A stretch of DNA of 64,000 nt from Octopus vulgaris (Eukaryota). Made by a program: the position numbers and the translations under genes. Shown here piece by piece: positions 51,313 to 64,000 of the stretch; the stretch's first letter is position 1; every line of letters begins with the position of its first letter. The notes under the pieces are model-generated. The model saw only the letters and a program-made list of their open reading frames with translations. It made no database searches and was not told the DNA's origin. Location of the stretch: positions 15,004,001 through 15,068,000 of the forward strand of contig OX597835.1 of the NCBI GenBank assembly GCA_951406725.2. The letters are read 5' to 3'.

Positions 51313-51993
51313 ATTATTGTTAATAGTTATAGGAATAGCTTTACAAGTAGCCAGTATAGCCCAAGTCACAGGAGTAAATTGGCAGGTATACCACAGGTAA
51401 GAGGAGTAAACTGATTACATTTCTGATACATAAATTTTGTCTGTAGGAAAGTTATTTTATCTTTGAAGAGTTCGGAGCTTCTTCTCTTGACTGCTAAACG
51501 GAAGCTTAAAGAAACTTTCGAACAAGAGAGGGAAAGCGGGAGAGAAAGAGTGATTGTGAGCTAATATGTAGGGATAAATATAGATAAGAGTTTGTGCAGA
51601 CAATTAAGACAGAAAAATAAACAGTGAAACAGAGAGAGAGAGAGAGAATAACTGTTAGACTGATGTGAAGCAGACGATAATAGAGAGGCACAGATACGAT
51701 CAGAGAGAAATAGAGGTAGGGAGACAGACAGTTAAATAGACAGAAAGAGAGGGTGTAAGTGTGTGTTAGATAGTGTGATTGAGATATATATTTAGAGAGA
51801 GAGAAACAGACTGTTAAATAGATAGAAAGAGAATTTGTGTGCGTCAGATAAACTGATAAAATTATTCAGAAATAAGCAGAAAGACAGCGATAGAGTAGTT
51901 AAAAAAAGAGAAAAAGAAGGATTTCTGCGTACGTGTCAGAGCGATAGAATGATAGAGATATAAACACACAGAGAGAGTGTAAAAAGAGAAAAG

Positions 51994-52111
<118 letters not shown>

Positions 52112-52196
52112 AAAAGATAGATAGATAGAAAAAGATAGATAGATAGATAGATAGAAAAAGATAGATAGATAGATAGATGAATAGATAGATAGATGA

Positions 52197-52274
<78 letters not shown>

Positions 52275-52526
52275 GGTGGCGAGGGGGAGAGAGAGAGAAT
52301 GGCGTATGTAAAAAGATTTGAATATGAAGTAATGTAGGTGAAAGCATACTTAATGCTGAGTACATTAATGAGATTTAACTCCTACATGCGGTAAAAGAAA
52401 GCCAATATTAGTTGATGACTAATTTTTTCTTCGTCTGCAAGAACTCTGGACTGTTTGCGAGGTTTTTTTTTCAAGACTGGTCGACCGAGAGTAGATTACT
52501 AAATATGTTAAATGATTGTAATCAGA

Positions 52527-52692
52527 GGCGCAGGAGTGGCTGTGTGGTAAGTAGCTTGCTTACCAACCACATGGTTCCGGGTTCAGCCCCACTGCGTGGC
52601 ACCTTGGGCAAGTGTCTTCTACTATAGCCTCGGGCCGACCAAAGCCTTGTGAATGGATTTGGTAGACGGAAACTGAAAGAAGCCCGTCGGAT

Positions 52693-52791
<99 letters not shown>

Positions 52792-52982
52792 TCCCCCTAG
52801 CATTGCTTGACAACCGATGCTGGTGCGTTTATGTCCCCGTCACTTAGTGGTTCGGCAAAAGAAGCCGATAGAATAAGTACTGGGCTTGCAAAGAATAAGT
52901 CCCGGGGTCGAGTTGCTCGATTAAAGGCGGTGCTCCAGCATGGCCTCAGTCAAATGACTGAAACAAGTGAAAGAGTGAAAGA
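52527..52982 (+). mobile_element. SINE-A, full length
   Basis: Matches the consensus. Confidence 0.94.
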
Positions 52983-53311
52983 ATGGTTATTCTTCGCTAT
53001 CGAAGGCGATCTTCATCCTTGCATTGTTGTGTAAGTCTTACGCGTTTTTCTTTCCACCTTGGACATCATTGGTAATCGACGAGAGGATCAGCGATATTTT
53101 GGGGGTGGGGTTGTTTGTTCCAATCGCCTTCTACGATGTTCAGTTCTTCCATTTTTTTTTCTCAGCGTTTAGCTCTTTGATAAACTGGTTTTCACCTTTG
53201 TTGGTCTGTCACCGATTCTTCCCAACAAAGGATTGACAACAGACAGTTCTTCTAGATAATTCTTCGATAAGAACTGTAAGTTGCCAGTATATGTCTATAT
53301 ATATATATATA

Positions 53312-53465
53312 TTCCTCTGTCTTCCCTTCTTCTATGTTTCCGACGAAGAGCTCCGCTCGAAACGTTAAACCCTCCTTCTTCCCTTCCTTCCTGAGCGTCC
53401 AATAATACTTTATTTGTTCCACGTCCTCGCGTTGTTTTCTCTTTGTGTTTTCATGTTTGGATTAA

Positions 53466-53468
<3 letters not shown>
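53312..53468 (+). mobile_element. Penelope-like terminal fragment with HHR motif (53336-53370)
   Basis: gttt-CCGACGA-a-gagc-tcc-gctc-GAAA-cgtt-aaac; (TA)n on both sides; same family as 32531-32700. Confidence 0.75.
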
Positions 53469-53991
<523 letters not shown>

Positions 53992-53999
53992 GTATACAT

Positions 54000-55925
54000 A
54001 GGTGAAAGTGTATTTTGGATACCGATTTTGCATACTGCTCATAAACGGTCCTTAGATGTCCTCCTTCTGTTTATTCTTACCATTGTGGGCAGCTGACATC
54101 CAGAGCAGAACGTATTCTCACTTAGACCCAATATAAAGCTGGTTGTGTTTGAATTCGGTTACTATTTTCAGGTTATATTCCCTCAATTCCTATTATTTTT
54201 TCTTCCCCTTCCGCACGAATTTCCTATTATTCTTCCTTCTCTCTGTCATGCCTTATCCAGCATCTTAAGAACATTTTTCTCGCAGTTAGCAATGATGTAG
54301 CTCTTGCTGTCAATTGATAATTTCTGGCATTTGTGCAGAAGTTACGTGATGGGGAGTTCCTTCCCGCCGCTACACTGCATGGCGGTAACTTTCAGGAGTG
54401 AGATGTTATAAACTTGTCAGTTTTTCCATTCCAGGCTTTTAGTGTGGTTTATTCAATTTACGGCCTCTGTTTTACGTTTCAAACACTCCGTCTACAACCT
54501 TCTCAATGAAATGCTCTTGTTGTCTGTATTTTCATTTGGTGTTAAATAGGATTTTTCCCCTATTCCTTGGGGAGAAATCCATGTCAGCTTTTATTTCATG
54601 GCGCTTCTCAAGTTAGTTAGCTATCCTAACGATATTTCTATGTTTGTGCTCGTAAATTTGAGCAAAATACATGCCTAATTTTCTGTTTGTTTGCTTTGAC
54701 GGTTTTTATTTCCCTTCGTTTTGTTTTTGTTTTTTCTGTTGTTGCTTTAATGTTCCAATCAGCATCTGCTATAATGTTAATACAAATTTAAGGCTACAAG
54801 CATTCCTATCTGCGTGGGAAATATAACGTCTACGTCCTCCATTGATATGGAAGTTTAAAGTACCACAGAGGCTCCTGAGATTTTACAACCATCTCGCTAA
54901 GTTTTCGTCGTAATTAATCTAGGAAAGACCAAAGTTAGGAGTCCGGACAAGCACTTCAAAGGTTTTGCGGCCATTATGATTGTCATCTGTTACAAACTGA
55001 CAGTTCTAATCACCATATTTTCTTTTACTCGCAGAAGATTCTCATTTCTTGCCACCACCACCCCTACCTAACATTCACATCCTGCCGAAGTGGGTTTTAG
55101 TTTTCACTTGAAATTAACGACTGTATTTACAAACTGTTCAGGTTTAGTTTGGACGGGGGTCGTGGGTAGGAGTGCACAAGTTTTCACTGTCTTACCATCG
55201 TAAATGCACATACAAACTCGCAAAATTTCCTTGCAGTGCCTGAACAATATTGGATAATAAAATCCAATTGTTTTCTGCTGTTAATACTGTATCAGCTCCA
55301 GGTCTGCTACAATGGTGAGAAATGTTCCTAGATTCACGGTATCTATTTCTGTAAGCATTATGTTGTGTGAGTAAGTATGATAATAAAACTTAACGAGGGC
55401 AAAGAGCAATACTGACTAACCATCGCCCTGCAGGATGCCTCATTGATAACGTATCACGTTAGATTTGATTTGTCTGTTATTTCTGACACGTAAAAATGTC
55501 GGGTCCGGTACCAAATCATGTTTAGTTGTTGAATAACAATTACCAGTGGTTGTGGAACTTTGGCTGATTATAATAATTTGATAATCCACCCATTTGGCAT
55601 TCTCTCAAAGACTTTCTGGTAGTCCAACTTATATTACTGCCAAGTTCCTGCGGTTCTCTGCTTTTTTTTTCTTTTTTGGTTAGTAATGGCTCAGCTCTAT
55701 AACCCCATACTTCCTTCTTTCCCCCCCCCCCCCCAGACTGTTCGAGTATTATAGTACTATCGCTGCCACAATAATCGTGTAAGAACAACAGCACCTCAGC
55801 GTATATCTTATACATTGATGTTCTGGCTATCAAGCGATACGTTTTCATTTCGGTGGTTTGGCTGGGGTTTTTTTTTATGAATGAAAACCGTAATGGCAGT
55901 TGGCAAACATCTGAAAACGTCTAAC
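54000..55925 (-). pseudogene. Decayed R4/Dong-like non-LTR retrotransposon (RT to zinc-knuckle region); flanks may extend to about 52990 and 57500
   Basis: ORF 55540-55848 reads TYRLIA...MYKIY...EQSGG..KKEVWGY...LLTK; GILQGDG*SVLLFAL at about 55395-55440; DVDVI/RL-like segment near 54830; RHD near 54250. Many stops and frameshifts. Confidence 0.75.
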
Positions 55926-56161
55926 TGGGATGATGCAGACGACACACTTTCAGCCATGATGGATTTATTCTCCTCTACTCTTTGTGAATTTATATTTAAT
56001 TTTAAGTAAACGATGATATTCTTTAAAAGTTCCATCAAATCTTAGTCACGATTTAATTTAAACTTATTCCCAACATGATCTATATTTTTTTAACATTGTT
56101 TCAAATTCTACAAACATTTATAGTATAGATGTACCTGGATGTTCGTACACTTAGTCACCCG
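55924..56161 (+). repeat. Direct duplicate of 59705-59944 (about 238 bp)
   Basis: actgggatga.gcagacgacacact...gttcgtacacttagtcacccg is near-identical at both sites. Confidence 0.93.
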
Positions 56162-56170
56162 TATGTTTTG

Positions 56171-56316
56171 GGTCAGGGCTGAACCCAAACACCGCTCCAT
56201 TTCTATTGTCCTTCTGTAATGTATAACCATTCGTTTATATATGCTTTCATTTTTAACTTCCCTTTTGTAATTACATATCGAACAGCTGGTCCCAAATCAG
56301 GCTGTGTTGTCCCCAT
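56171..56316 (+). repeat. Direct duplicate of 57523-57632 plus 57866-57917 (probable LINE 3' UTR)
   Basis: gggctgaacccaaacaccgctcc...ggctgtgttgtccccat. The second copy carries a SINE-B and ends in gcccctagtgggcaataaagaaat. Confidence 0.88.
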
Positions 56317-56685
56317 AACGCTCTTCCCATTCTGTGTTTTCAAATCTCGGCGCTAAAAGTCGAGATCTTTGAAGCAATATCTTCAAGAATGTCTGAAGAC
56401 ATTCTATTTGTCATTTTCTTTGGAAGTGTTTTCACTTTTGTGCCTTTAATTTCCGATAGCTTTTTATTCAGCATATTTGTGGTTGCCTTGTTCTACTTTG
56501 GTTCTCCTCTTCATAGAATTTGCTTATTAAACATGATTTTTTTTTTTTTTTCCATTTTGGAACTTGTTCTGCTAATAGAGAGTCTTAACAGAGATTGATT
56601 TCTTTACGTTAAAGCTATGCTGCATTGATTTAGAGGCTCTGGCAAACGGCCAATTCGACACTTGGTGCTTAAGTATCTAGATTTA

Positions 56686-57233
56686 CAGGGTGGGCCAAAA
56701 GTCAAGCACCTAAACATTTGACATTTCATATTGCGTTATTATTATTTTTACCTCGTTTTTCTATCTGCAAGATTATTTATGTGAATTTGTGTCTTCAATC
56801 AAATTTTGTTGTCTTGGGAGAGCCATCACGCCAATATTAACATACGCACTGGTTCAATTTATTATTAGTAGCGGACTAATTCAAAAGTCATTGAAAAGGT
56901 TGCAAGTAGCAACTAAAGAGCTTCGACAAACAAAAACCAAGATAAATGACTTACTGTTTAACCAAATTAAACAAACAACCGATTAATTAGTATTTAACCA
57001 ATTGACTAATAGCAAAGAAGTGGAATTGAACCAGTGCGTGTGTTAATATTGGCATAACAACTCTCCCAAAACACAAAATTATTTTTTCTATTATTTATTT
57101 TATTTTGTTATGTACAAGTACGTGTGTATTCATCATTATTTCATTATTTTATTCAATTCCGAAAAAATTGAAGCAGGTCTGACAATTTCGGAGCGTATTG
57201 AACTTATTTTCGAGTGACTTTTGGACCACACTG
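56686..57233. mobile_element. Tc1/mariner-type MITE
   Basis: TA|cagggtgggccaaaagtca ... tgacttttggaccacactg|TA (19-bp TIR, 2 mismatches); internal inverted arms gccaatattaacatacgcactggttcaatt/aattgaaccagtgcgtgtgttaatattggc. Confidence 0.88.
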
Positions 57234-57632
57234 TATACTTTAAGCTTTTGGTTGTAGCTGCAGATCCTCGTTTCCGTTCAAGTAGTTTAGTTCATTCTTT
57301 TTTTTGTTTTTTGTGCTTTTTTTTCTAAACTATCTTTCTAATTTCTGCTTAATACGTTTCTTGCTGTGAATGTATTATTTGTGTTAGATTTCATAATCTA
57401 GAGCGGTGGTGGTGTTCAACGAAAAGATGGGAGTGTGTAGCACGAGTGTTTCGAGTGATTGGAATCTCGTGAATATGCTATAAAGTGTCAGGAAAGTACC
57501 AGTGGAGAACTGGGGCTCGTGGGGTCGGGGCTGAACCCAAACACCGCTCCATTTCTATTGTCCTTTTGTAATGTATAACCATTCGTTTATATATGCTTTC
57601 ATTTTTAACTTCATTTTTATTGTAATTACATA

Positions 57633-57865
57633 ACTATTTCTTTACTACCCATAAGGGGCTACACACAGAGGGGACAAACAAGGACAGACAAACGGATTAA
57701 GTCGATTATATCGACCCCAGTGCATAACTGGTACTTATTTAATCGACCCCGAAAGGATGAAAGGCAAAGTCGACTTCGGCGGAATTTGAACTCAGAACGT
57801 AGCAGCTAACGAAATACCTCTAAGCATTTCGCTCGTCGTGCTAACGATTCTGCCAGTTCGTTGCC
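57633..57865 (-). mobile_element. SINE-B, full length, with 12-bp TSD tgtaattacata
   Basis: TSD at 57621-57632 and 57866-57877; the empty site is preserved in the paralogous copy at about 56266-56277. Confidence 0.95.
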
Positions 57866-58292
57866 TGTAATTACATATCGAACAGCTGACCCCAAATCAG
57901 GCTGTGTTGTCCCCATCTTTGCCGGCCCCTAGTGGGCAATAAAGAAATATTTTATAATCTAGTATCCAGCGGGTGGAGGGTGAACATTTATTGTATCCAC
58001 AGCTCCACCGCGTAGTATAACTGGGTGAGCGGATGGATTAGATTCAGAAGCCTTGGAAGGCCACAAGAACAAGAAAAAACTCCGAGTATAAACACTCACG
58101 GCTTGTGGATGCCTAGGAAGGAATGAGGACTAGAAGAATCAAACACAAAATTAGAATTTGTTCCTTCCGACCCTGTTCTTCCAGAAGAGATTATACAGAC
58201 AACTCGTTCGTTGTGTCTGCTATCCGTCCCCGACCCTTAGCCATGAAGCTGGTAAAATTCATCCCTCAACACATGCTGCCGTTTATACCCTA

Positions 58293-58662
58293 CTAGCAAT
58301 ATCGCCCGGCGTTGCTCGGGTTTCTAAGGGAAATAACTATAAAGCATTTTTAGAGAGTTATAGCCAAAAAATAGCAAAAAAAATGGAAAAAAATGGTAAA
58401 TTTTTTGAGAGTTAAAAAGGTCGAGTTGCGTCCCCTAGACAGTCTGTGGTTTGTGTTTCTGATTCTCGACCCCATGTCGAATTTATCGATTTTTTTCAGA
58501 ACTGGGGGAACTTTTCAAAATTTTCGCTGCGTTAGTTTTGAATTATGACATTGTGTGTAAAGTTTCATCAGAATCGGTTGAAAGCCGTGGTCAGGGTGAG
58601 GGTACAACCTAACAGACACACAAACACGCACACGGACAAACTGCCGTTTATATAGAGAGAGA
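58293..58662 (-). mobile_element. Complete non-autonomous Helitron
   Basis: Minus strand: A|TCtctctctatataaacggcag ... hairpin cccgagcaacgccggg ... CTAG|T; no TSD. Confidence 0.88.
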
Positions 58663-59199
58663 TGACTGGGTATATCTTAAGTAATGCCTTCCCATTATCT
58701 CATTTACTACATCCAGTCGTGGAAAACAGGTTGAGGAGTGGTGCCTCTTTTGTTATATTTGTTCGTCCATTCAGTGTCCGAACTTCAAATGGTCTGACGC
58801 TGACCATAAGAGAACACATCTGATGTATGTACCCATCAGCTAGCTTCAGAAATTCTACCGTTATGCTTTACGTCGCTGCTTGGCGCTGAAGTTATTATTG
58901 TAGCAGCATTTTTTCGCAATTTGGCGTTTCAATTACGCTAAGAATATTTATCTATGTTGAATCGGATGATTCACTTAAAGGAATCAGTTTACATTTGATA
59001 ATTATTTCACCTGTTTGTTCGTTAAGGTGTTTGGGATTCAAGCCGAGTTCTTGGTGTTTCATATTCGCCTCTCCCTCCCCCATCCCGCCCCACAACTCTA
59101 CAGCGCGTTCAGTCTTTGCATAAAACCAGTTTGTAATTCTGCCTCGCATAACTTTTTTGTTATAATGGTGATTCCGCTCTGTTGTGTGGTTCCTCTTTC

Positions 59200-59695
59200 C
59201 CTCCTTTTTTCCGTTTCTTGCTTCAGACATTGGTCCGTGGCCATGCTGGGACATCGTCTTGAACGGTTTAATCCATCGAAGCGACACCACGAAGTTATCT
59301 TTTTTTTTTCGGCATTATTTGTGAAATGCTTAGCTACGGGGACGTAAACAAACCAATACCGCTCGGCAAGTAATGAGGTAAACACAAACATATGCGCGCA
59401 GACAGACAACCAGCCAGACAGATGGACGGACAGAGAGGTAGACAGACAGACAGACAGACAGACAGGCAGACAGGCAGGCAAAAAACACAAATATAGATAA
59501 ACGGAGACATAGACAGACAAGCCCGTAGACTGACAGGCAGACAGATACGAATTAAGACAGACATGCAGGTAGACAGACTCACAAGACATTGGTCGGTCCG
59601 GAGTTATAGTGTAGAAGACATTTGCCCATGGGAGCGAAACCGAAACCGAAACCACGTGGTTACAAAGCGAATTTCTTAATCCACGCAGCCATGCT
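59200..59695 (-). mobile_element. SINE-A, old diverged copy with (AGAC)n centre
   Basis: ggccatgctggg...gctacggggacgtaaaca...tagaagacatttgccca. Confidence 0.72.
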
Positions 59696-60199
59696 TTCAT
59701 CTTTACTGGGATGAAGCAGACGACACACTTCAGCCATGATGGATTTATTCTCCTCTACTCTTTGTGAATTTATATTTAATTTTAAGTAAACGATGATATT
59801 CTTTAAAAGTTCCATCAAATCTTAGTCACGATTTAATTTAAACTTATTCCCAACATGAGATCTATACTTTTTTTAATATTGTTTCAAATTCTACAAACGT
59901 TTATAGTATAGATGTACCTGGATGTTCGTACACTTAGTCACCCGAGCAATACGTGGAGATAGAGAGAGTCTGAGCTATACTAGAGAGAGAGAGAGAGAGA
60001 GAGAGTCTGTGTAGTATACGTGCGAATGTTAGTCGCAGCATATGTTATGTAAAGATTCCTATAGAAAAACACTCTTATTTAATCTCATCGACTTTCTCTG
60101 TGCAGCTCAGCCATTATATGGCCTGTTGCTTTCATAGACGTAGTAATTACACACGTCCGAATATTCAGCTGACAACTACGGTCGCCATGTTTTAAGTAT

Positions 60200-61146
60200 G
60201 AATGTATGAATGTGTGTATTTGTGTATGTATGTGTGTGTGTGTTTGTGTATGTGTGTGTGTGTGTGTGTATGTGTGTGTGTGTGTGTGTGTGAGTTTATG
60301 TATGTGTGTGTTTATGTATATGTGTTTATGTATATATGCGTTTATGTATATATGCGTTTATGTATGTGTGCGTTTATGTATGTGTGCGTTTATGTATATG
60401 TGCGTTTATGTATGTGTGCGTTTATGTATGTGTGCGTTTATGTATGTGTGCGTTTAAGTATTCGTGTGTGTGTGTGTGTGTGTGTGAGCGTGGATATGTG
60501 TGAGCGTGTATGTGTGTGAGCGTGTATGTGTGTGAGCGTGTATGTGTGCGTGCGTGTATGTGTGCGTGCGTGTATGTGTGCACGTGTTTCTGTGCGCGCG
60601 TTTCTGTGTTTATATGTGTGCGTGCGTTTATGAATGTGTGTTTGTATGTGTTTATATATGTGTGTGTTTATGTATGAAAGATATACGAGTGTACATATGT
60701 ATGAGACTTACATATGCGTATATACATATATATGCAGGTGTGTATGTATGTGGGCAAGTATGTATGTATGCGTGTATGTGTGTGTATATATATTATATAG
60801 GCATACATGTGTTGTGTGTGTATATATAGGCATGCGCGTGTATGTGTATATACGCGTGTGTTTGTATATACGCGTGTTTGTATATATGCATGTGTGTGTG
60901 TATATATAAGCGTATGCCTGTCTGTATATACGCGTGTGTGTGTATCTGCATATATGCGTGTGTGTGTGTGTGTGCATATACGTGTGTTTGCATATACGTG
61001 TGTGTGTTTGCATATACGTGTGTATGACGTATGTAATTATGTATTTGTGTGTGTATAAAATATTTGTGTGTCTATGAATGTAGGGATGTGCATACTTAGG
61101 TGTCTATATGAGTATGTATACATGTATGTATACGTGTTTGTATACG

Positions 61147-61179
<33 letters not shown>

Positions 61180-61330
61180 GAGAGGAAGAGAGCAAGCGAC
61201 GTGAATAGGTAGGTAGATAAGTAGCTATGTAAGTAGATAAGACGATATGTATGAATGTAGGTAGGTAAGTAAGTTGGTAGGTATGTAGGTAATAAATAGG
61301 TTGGTGTGTAGGTAGGCAGTTATGTAGATA
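60200..61330. repeat. TG/TATG-rich compound microsatellite and minisatellite field
   Basis: Includes (tttatgtatgtgtgcg)n and (gagcgtgtatgtgtgt)n arrays. Confidence 0.92.
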
Positions 61331-61942
61331 GGTAAATAAGTAAAGTATCTATTAACAATCTGATATAAACCGAAGCATACGGCAATTACTAAAGCCGAGT
61401 CAAGCAGATGACTAGACTACAGACAAGGCACGCGTGAAAAGACATTATAAATTGAGCGATAAGCGGAAATAGAAACCTCCTTCGACAGATGACTGGCCGA
61501 ATAAATATACTAAAATAGGATACTACCATTAAAAGACGCCAAAGGTAAATAAATCTACAAGAGAAACGTGTGCACGGTTTGAATATGCGACACACTTGAC
61601 AAATACCAAAACATTCTCTTTGCCAAAACATACTGATTGCTCTAGATTTACAACACGTGTTTATATGGAATTTAGCCTCTCGCTCGCTCGCTCGCTATGT
61701 GTGTATGTGTGTGTGTCTGTCTGTCTGTCTGTCGTTGTAATTCGATATCATCAGCAATCTTGTACTCCGACATAGTTCCTCTGTCTGGCTGTCTTTTGTC
61801 TGTGTATGTGTGTGTGTGTGTGTGTAACAAAGTGAAGTTGCAAGGTATCGCACGAGTGGAAATATTTATGAAAGAAGGTTTGAAAATGCAATTTTAAAAG
61901 ATGATTATTCACTTGACCGGTTTCACTTTTTAGAAAAGATTA

Positions 61943-62143
61943 TCTATTTCTTTACTACCCACAAGGGGCTAAACACAGAGAGGACAAACAAAGACAGACA
62001 AACGGATTAAGTTGATTATATCGACCCCAGTGCGTAACTGGTACTTATTTAATCGGAAAGGATGAAAGGCAAAGTTGACCTCGGCGGAATTTGAACTCAG
62101 AACGTAACGACAGACGAAATACGGCTACGCATTTCGCCTGGCA
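61943..62143 (-). mobile_element. SINE-B (further degraded copy at 62605-62800)
   Basis: ctatttctttactacccacaagggg...gcatttcgcc. Confidence 0.9.
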
Positions 62144-62234
62144 GCTTTGTATAAGCTTTGTTGTGTTAAGTACTGGTTATCACAAAAGTATTAAAGTACA
62201 TATATACATTCTTTATGTACTTTAATACTTTAGT

Positions 62235-62400
62235 GACAACCAGTACTTGCACTTGCGGATAGCCATCTCCACCCCGACACAGCGGTGAACAGGGATGTGG
62301 TCCGGGGTCCCGAGAACGCCGGAGGTCTCCACTGCCACAGATTCGACCATAAACCTGTCAGAGAGCGACCAAAAGTTCTCAGAATCACGTGAGAGTTTGA
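62235..62400 (-). pseudogene. Possible restriction-like endonuclease remnant of a CRE/NeSL-type retrotransposon
   Basis: Minus-strand frame NFWSLSDRFMVESVAVETSGVLG resembles the KY..L...F.P.AVETxG..G motif. Confidence 0.4.
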
Positions 62401-62880
62401 TATATCAAGATTTTCAGGATCCAGGTTAGAGGCAACCCCAAAAGTTGTTTCATAGCGCATTGACAGAAAGATAGCAAGTACTTTCACCAAAGCCAGAAAA
62501 GCCTCCTTAAAGATAGACTCAAGAACTCCATAAAATGCTTCGTTTCCAACCGCGTGACTTAAGAATTCACTGCAAAAGAAAACCCACAAAAGCGAAGGTA
62601 TAAGATCCTTTCCACTGTAGGCAGAAGGCCTGAAATTTTCGGGGCTGGGGTCAGTCGATCACATCGACCCCTGTACTCTAGTAGTACTTATTTTATCGAC
62701 CCCAAAATTAAGAACGGCAAGGTCGACCTCAGCGGAATTTGAACTCAGAAAGACGGATGAAATGTTGCTATGCACTTTGTCCGGCATGCTAACGATTCAA
62801 AGATACTTCCATTTCTAACAAAGAATACTCCGTTCCAAAGGCCGGAGCTGCCGTTTGTTGTTCCCAGTTCCGATAATATA

Positions 62881-63242
62881 GGCGTGGTTGTGTGGTAAGA
62901 AGCCTGTTTCCCAACTACATGGTTCTGGGTTCAGTCTCACGGCGTGGCACTGTGGGCAAGTGTCTTCTACTATAGCCTCGGGCCGACCAAAGCCTTGTGA
63001 GTGGATTTGGTAGACGGAAACTGAAAGACGTCCGTCATGTGTGTGCGTGTGTGTCTGTGGTTGTACCCCACCATTGCTTGACAACCGATGTTGGTGTGTT
63101 TACGTCCCCGTAACCTAGCGGTTCGGTAAAATAAACCGATAGAATAAGTACTAGGCTTACAAAGAATAAGCCCTGGGGTCGATTCGTTCGACTAAAGGTG
63201 GTGCTCCAACATGGCCGCAGTCAAATGACAAAGTAAAATAAG
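62881..63242 (+). mobile_element. SINE-A
   Basis: Matches the consensus. Confidence 0.9.
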
Positions 63243-63260
63243 AGAGAGCGAGAGAATATG

Positions 63261-63301
<41 letters not shown>

Positions 63302-63756
63302 TGTTTTTCAGATCTCTTAATATTGATCTACCTATATTCGAACACTGGACCTCGAGCCGTTGCTTCTATCTATTGTTGATCAATTTCAAAAGCGGTAAAG
63401 GACATGCGATCTTGGATGCTCATAGATATTTGGCACACAGCCATATTTTATCAAGAAATGGCACCAGCTGACGTCATTATATTAATGGGAATAATTATTT
63501 TACTAAATCCAGCGGGAAGAAAAGCAAATTTTAAACCGCCTACAGAGAGCATTGTGGGAATTATCCAAGCGACACCGGCGCTCCACCGATTCCCTCACTT
63601 CACGCTGAGCATTTTTTTCTTTGTCTATTAATAACTGCTACAATTATTTAATATCAGAATAGGAAAATATGGATGAAGACAAATATTAATTAACCCGTCG
63701 GGTTCACTTTGGCATAGAGTGTTTTGGTGTAGTTTAGCCCTAGGCATACCCATCAT

Positions 63757-63798
63757 GTGTCTTCTCCTATAGCCTCGGAAACTAAAAGAAGCCTGTCG

Positions 63799-63886
<88 letters not shown>

Positions 63887-64000
63887 TCCTCCCGCCATCG
63901 CTTGACAACCGATGCTGGTGTGTTTACGTCCCCGTAACTAAGCGGTTCGGCAAAAATCACCGATATAATAAGTACTGGGCTCACAAAGAATAAGTCTTGA
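63757..64000 (+). mobile_element. SINE-A, partial, running off the window end
   Basis: gtgtcttctcctatagcctcgg...gcttgacaaccgatgctgg...aagaataagtc. Confidence 0.85.

Noticed and set aside
63469-63476. CRE motif TGACGTCA
   Set aside because: A single 8-mer is expected by chance in 64 kb; no promoter context.

Overview
Repeat-saturated, AT-rich non-coding animal DNA. The SINE repertoire suggests a cephalopod, probably Octopus; this is an inference from recalled repeat families, not a database result. No convincing host protein-coding gene was found: nearly all listed ORFs are translations of microsatellites or SINEs. The window holds about 25 copies or fragments of a tRNA-headed SINE with an internal (TA)n(TG)n tract (here SINE-A). 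It also holds clusters of a second SINE with a hairpin-expanded tRNA head (SINE-B) and tRNA-Arg-like and CORE-like SINEs. Decayed non-LTR retrotransposons (R4/Dong-like, Tx1/L1-like, CRE-like), Penelope-like element (PLE) remnants, two non-autonomous Helitrons and Tc1/mariner- and piggyBac-type MITEs are also present. The most interesting signal is a set of several different hammerhead-ribozyme (HHR) motif families. One is a fold-back element (37.0-37.4 kb) in which a tRNA-like Pol III promoter sits between inverted HHR-bearing arms. Others are a perfect 68-bp HHR palindrome and a pseudoknotted HHR-like motif in an 847-bp tandem duplication. Coordinates of degraded repeats are approximate.
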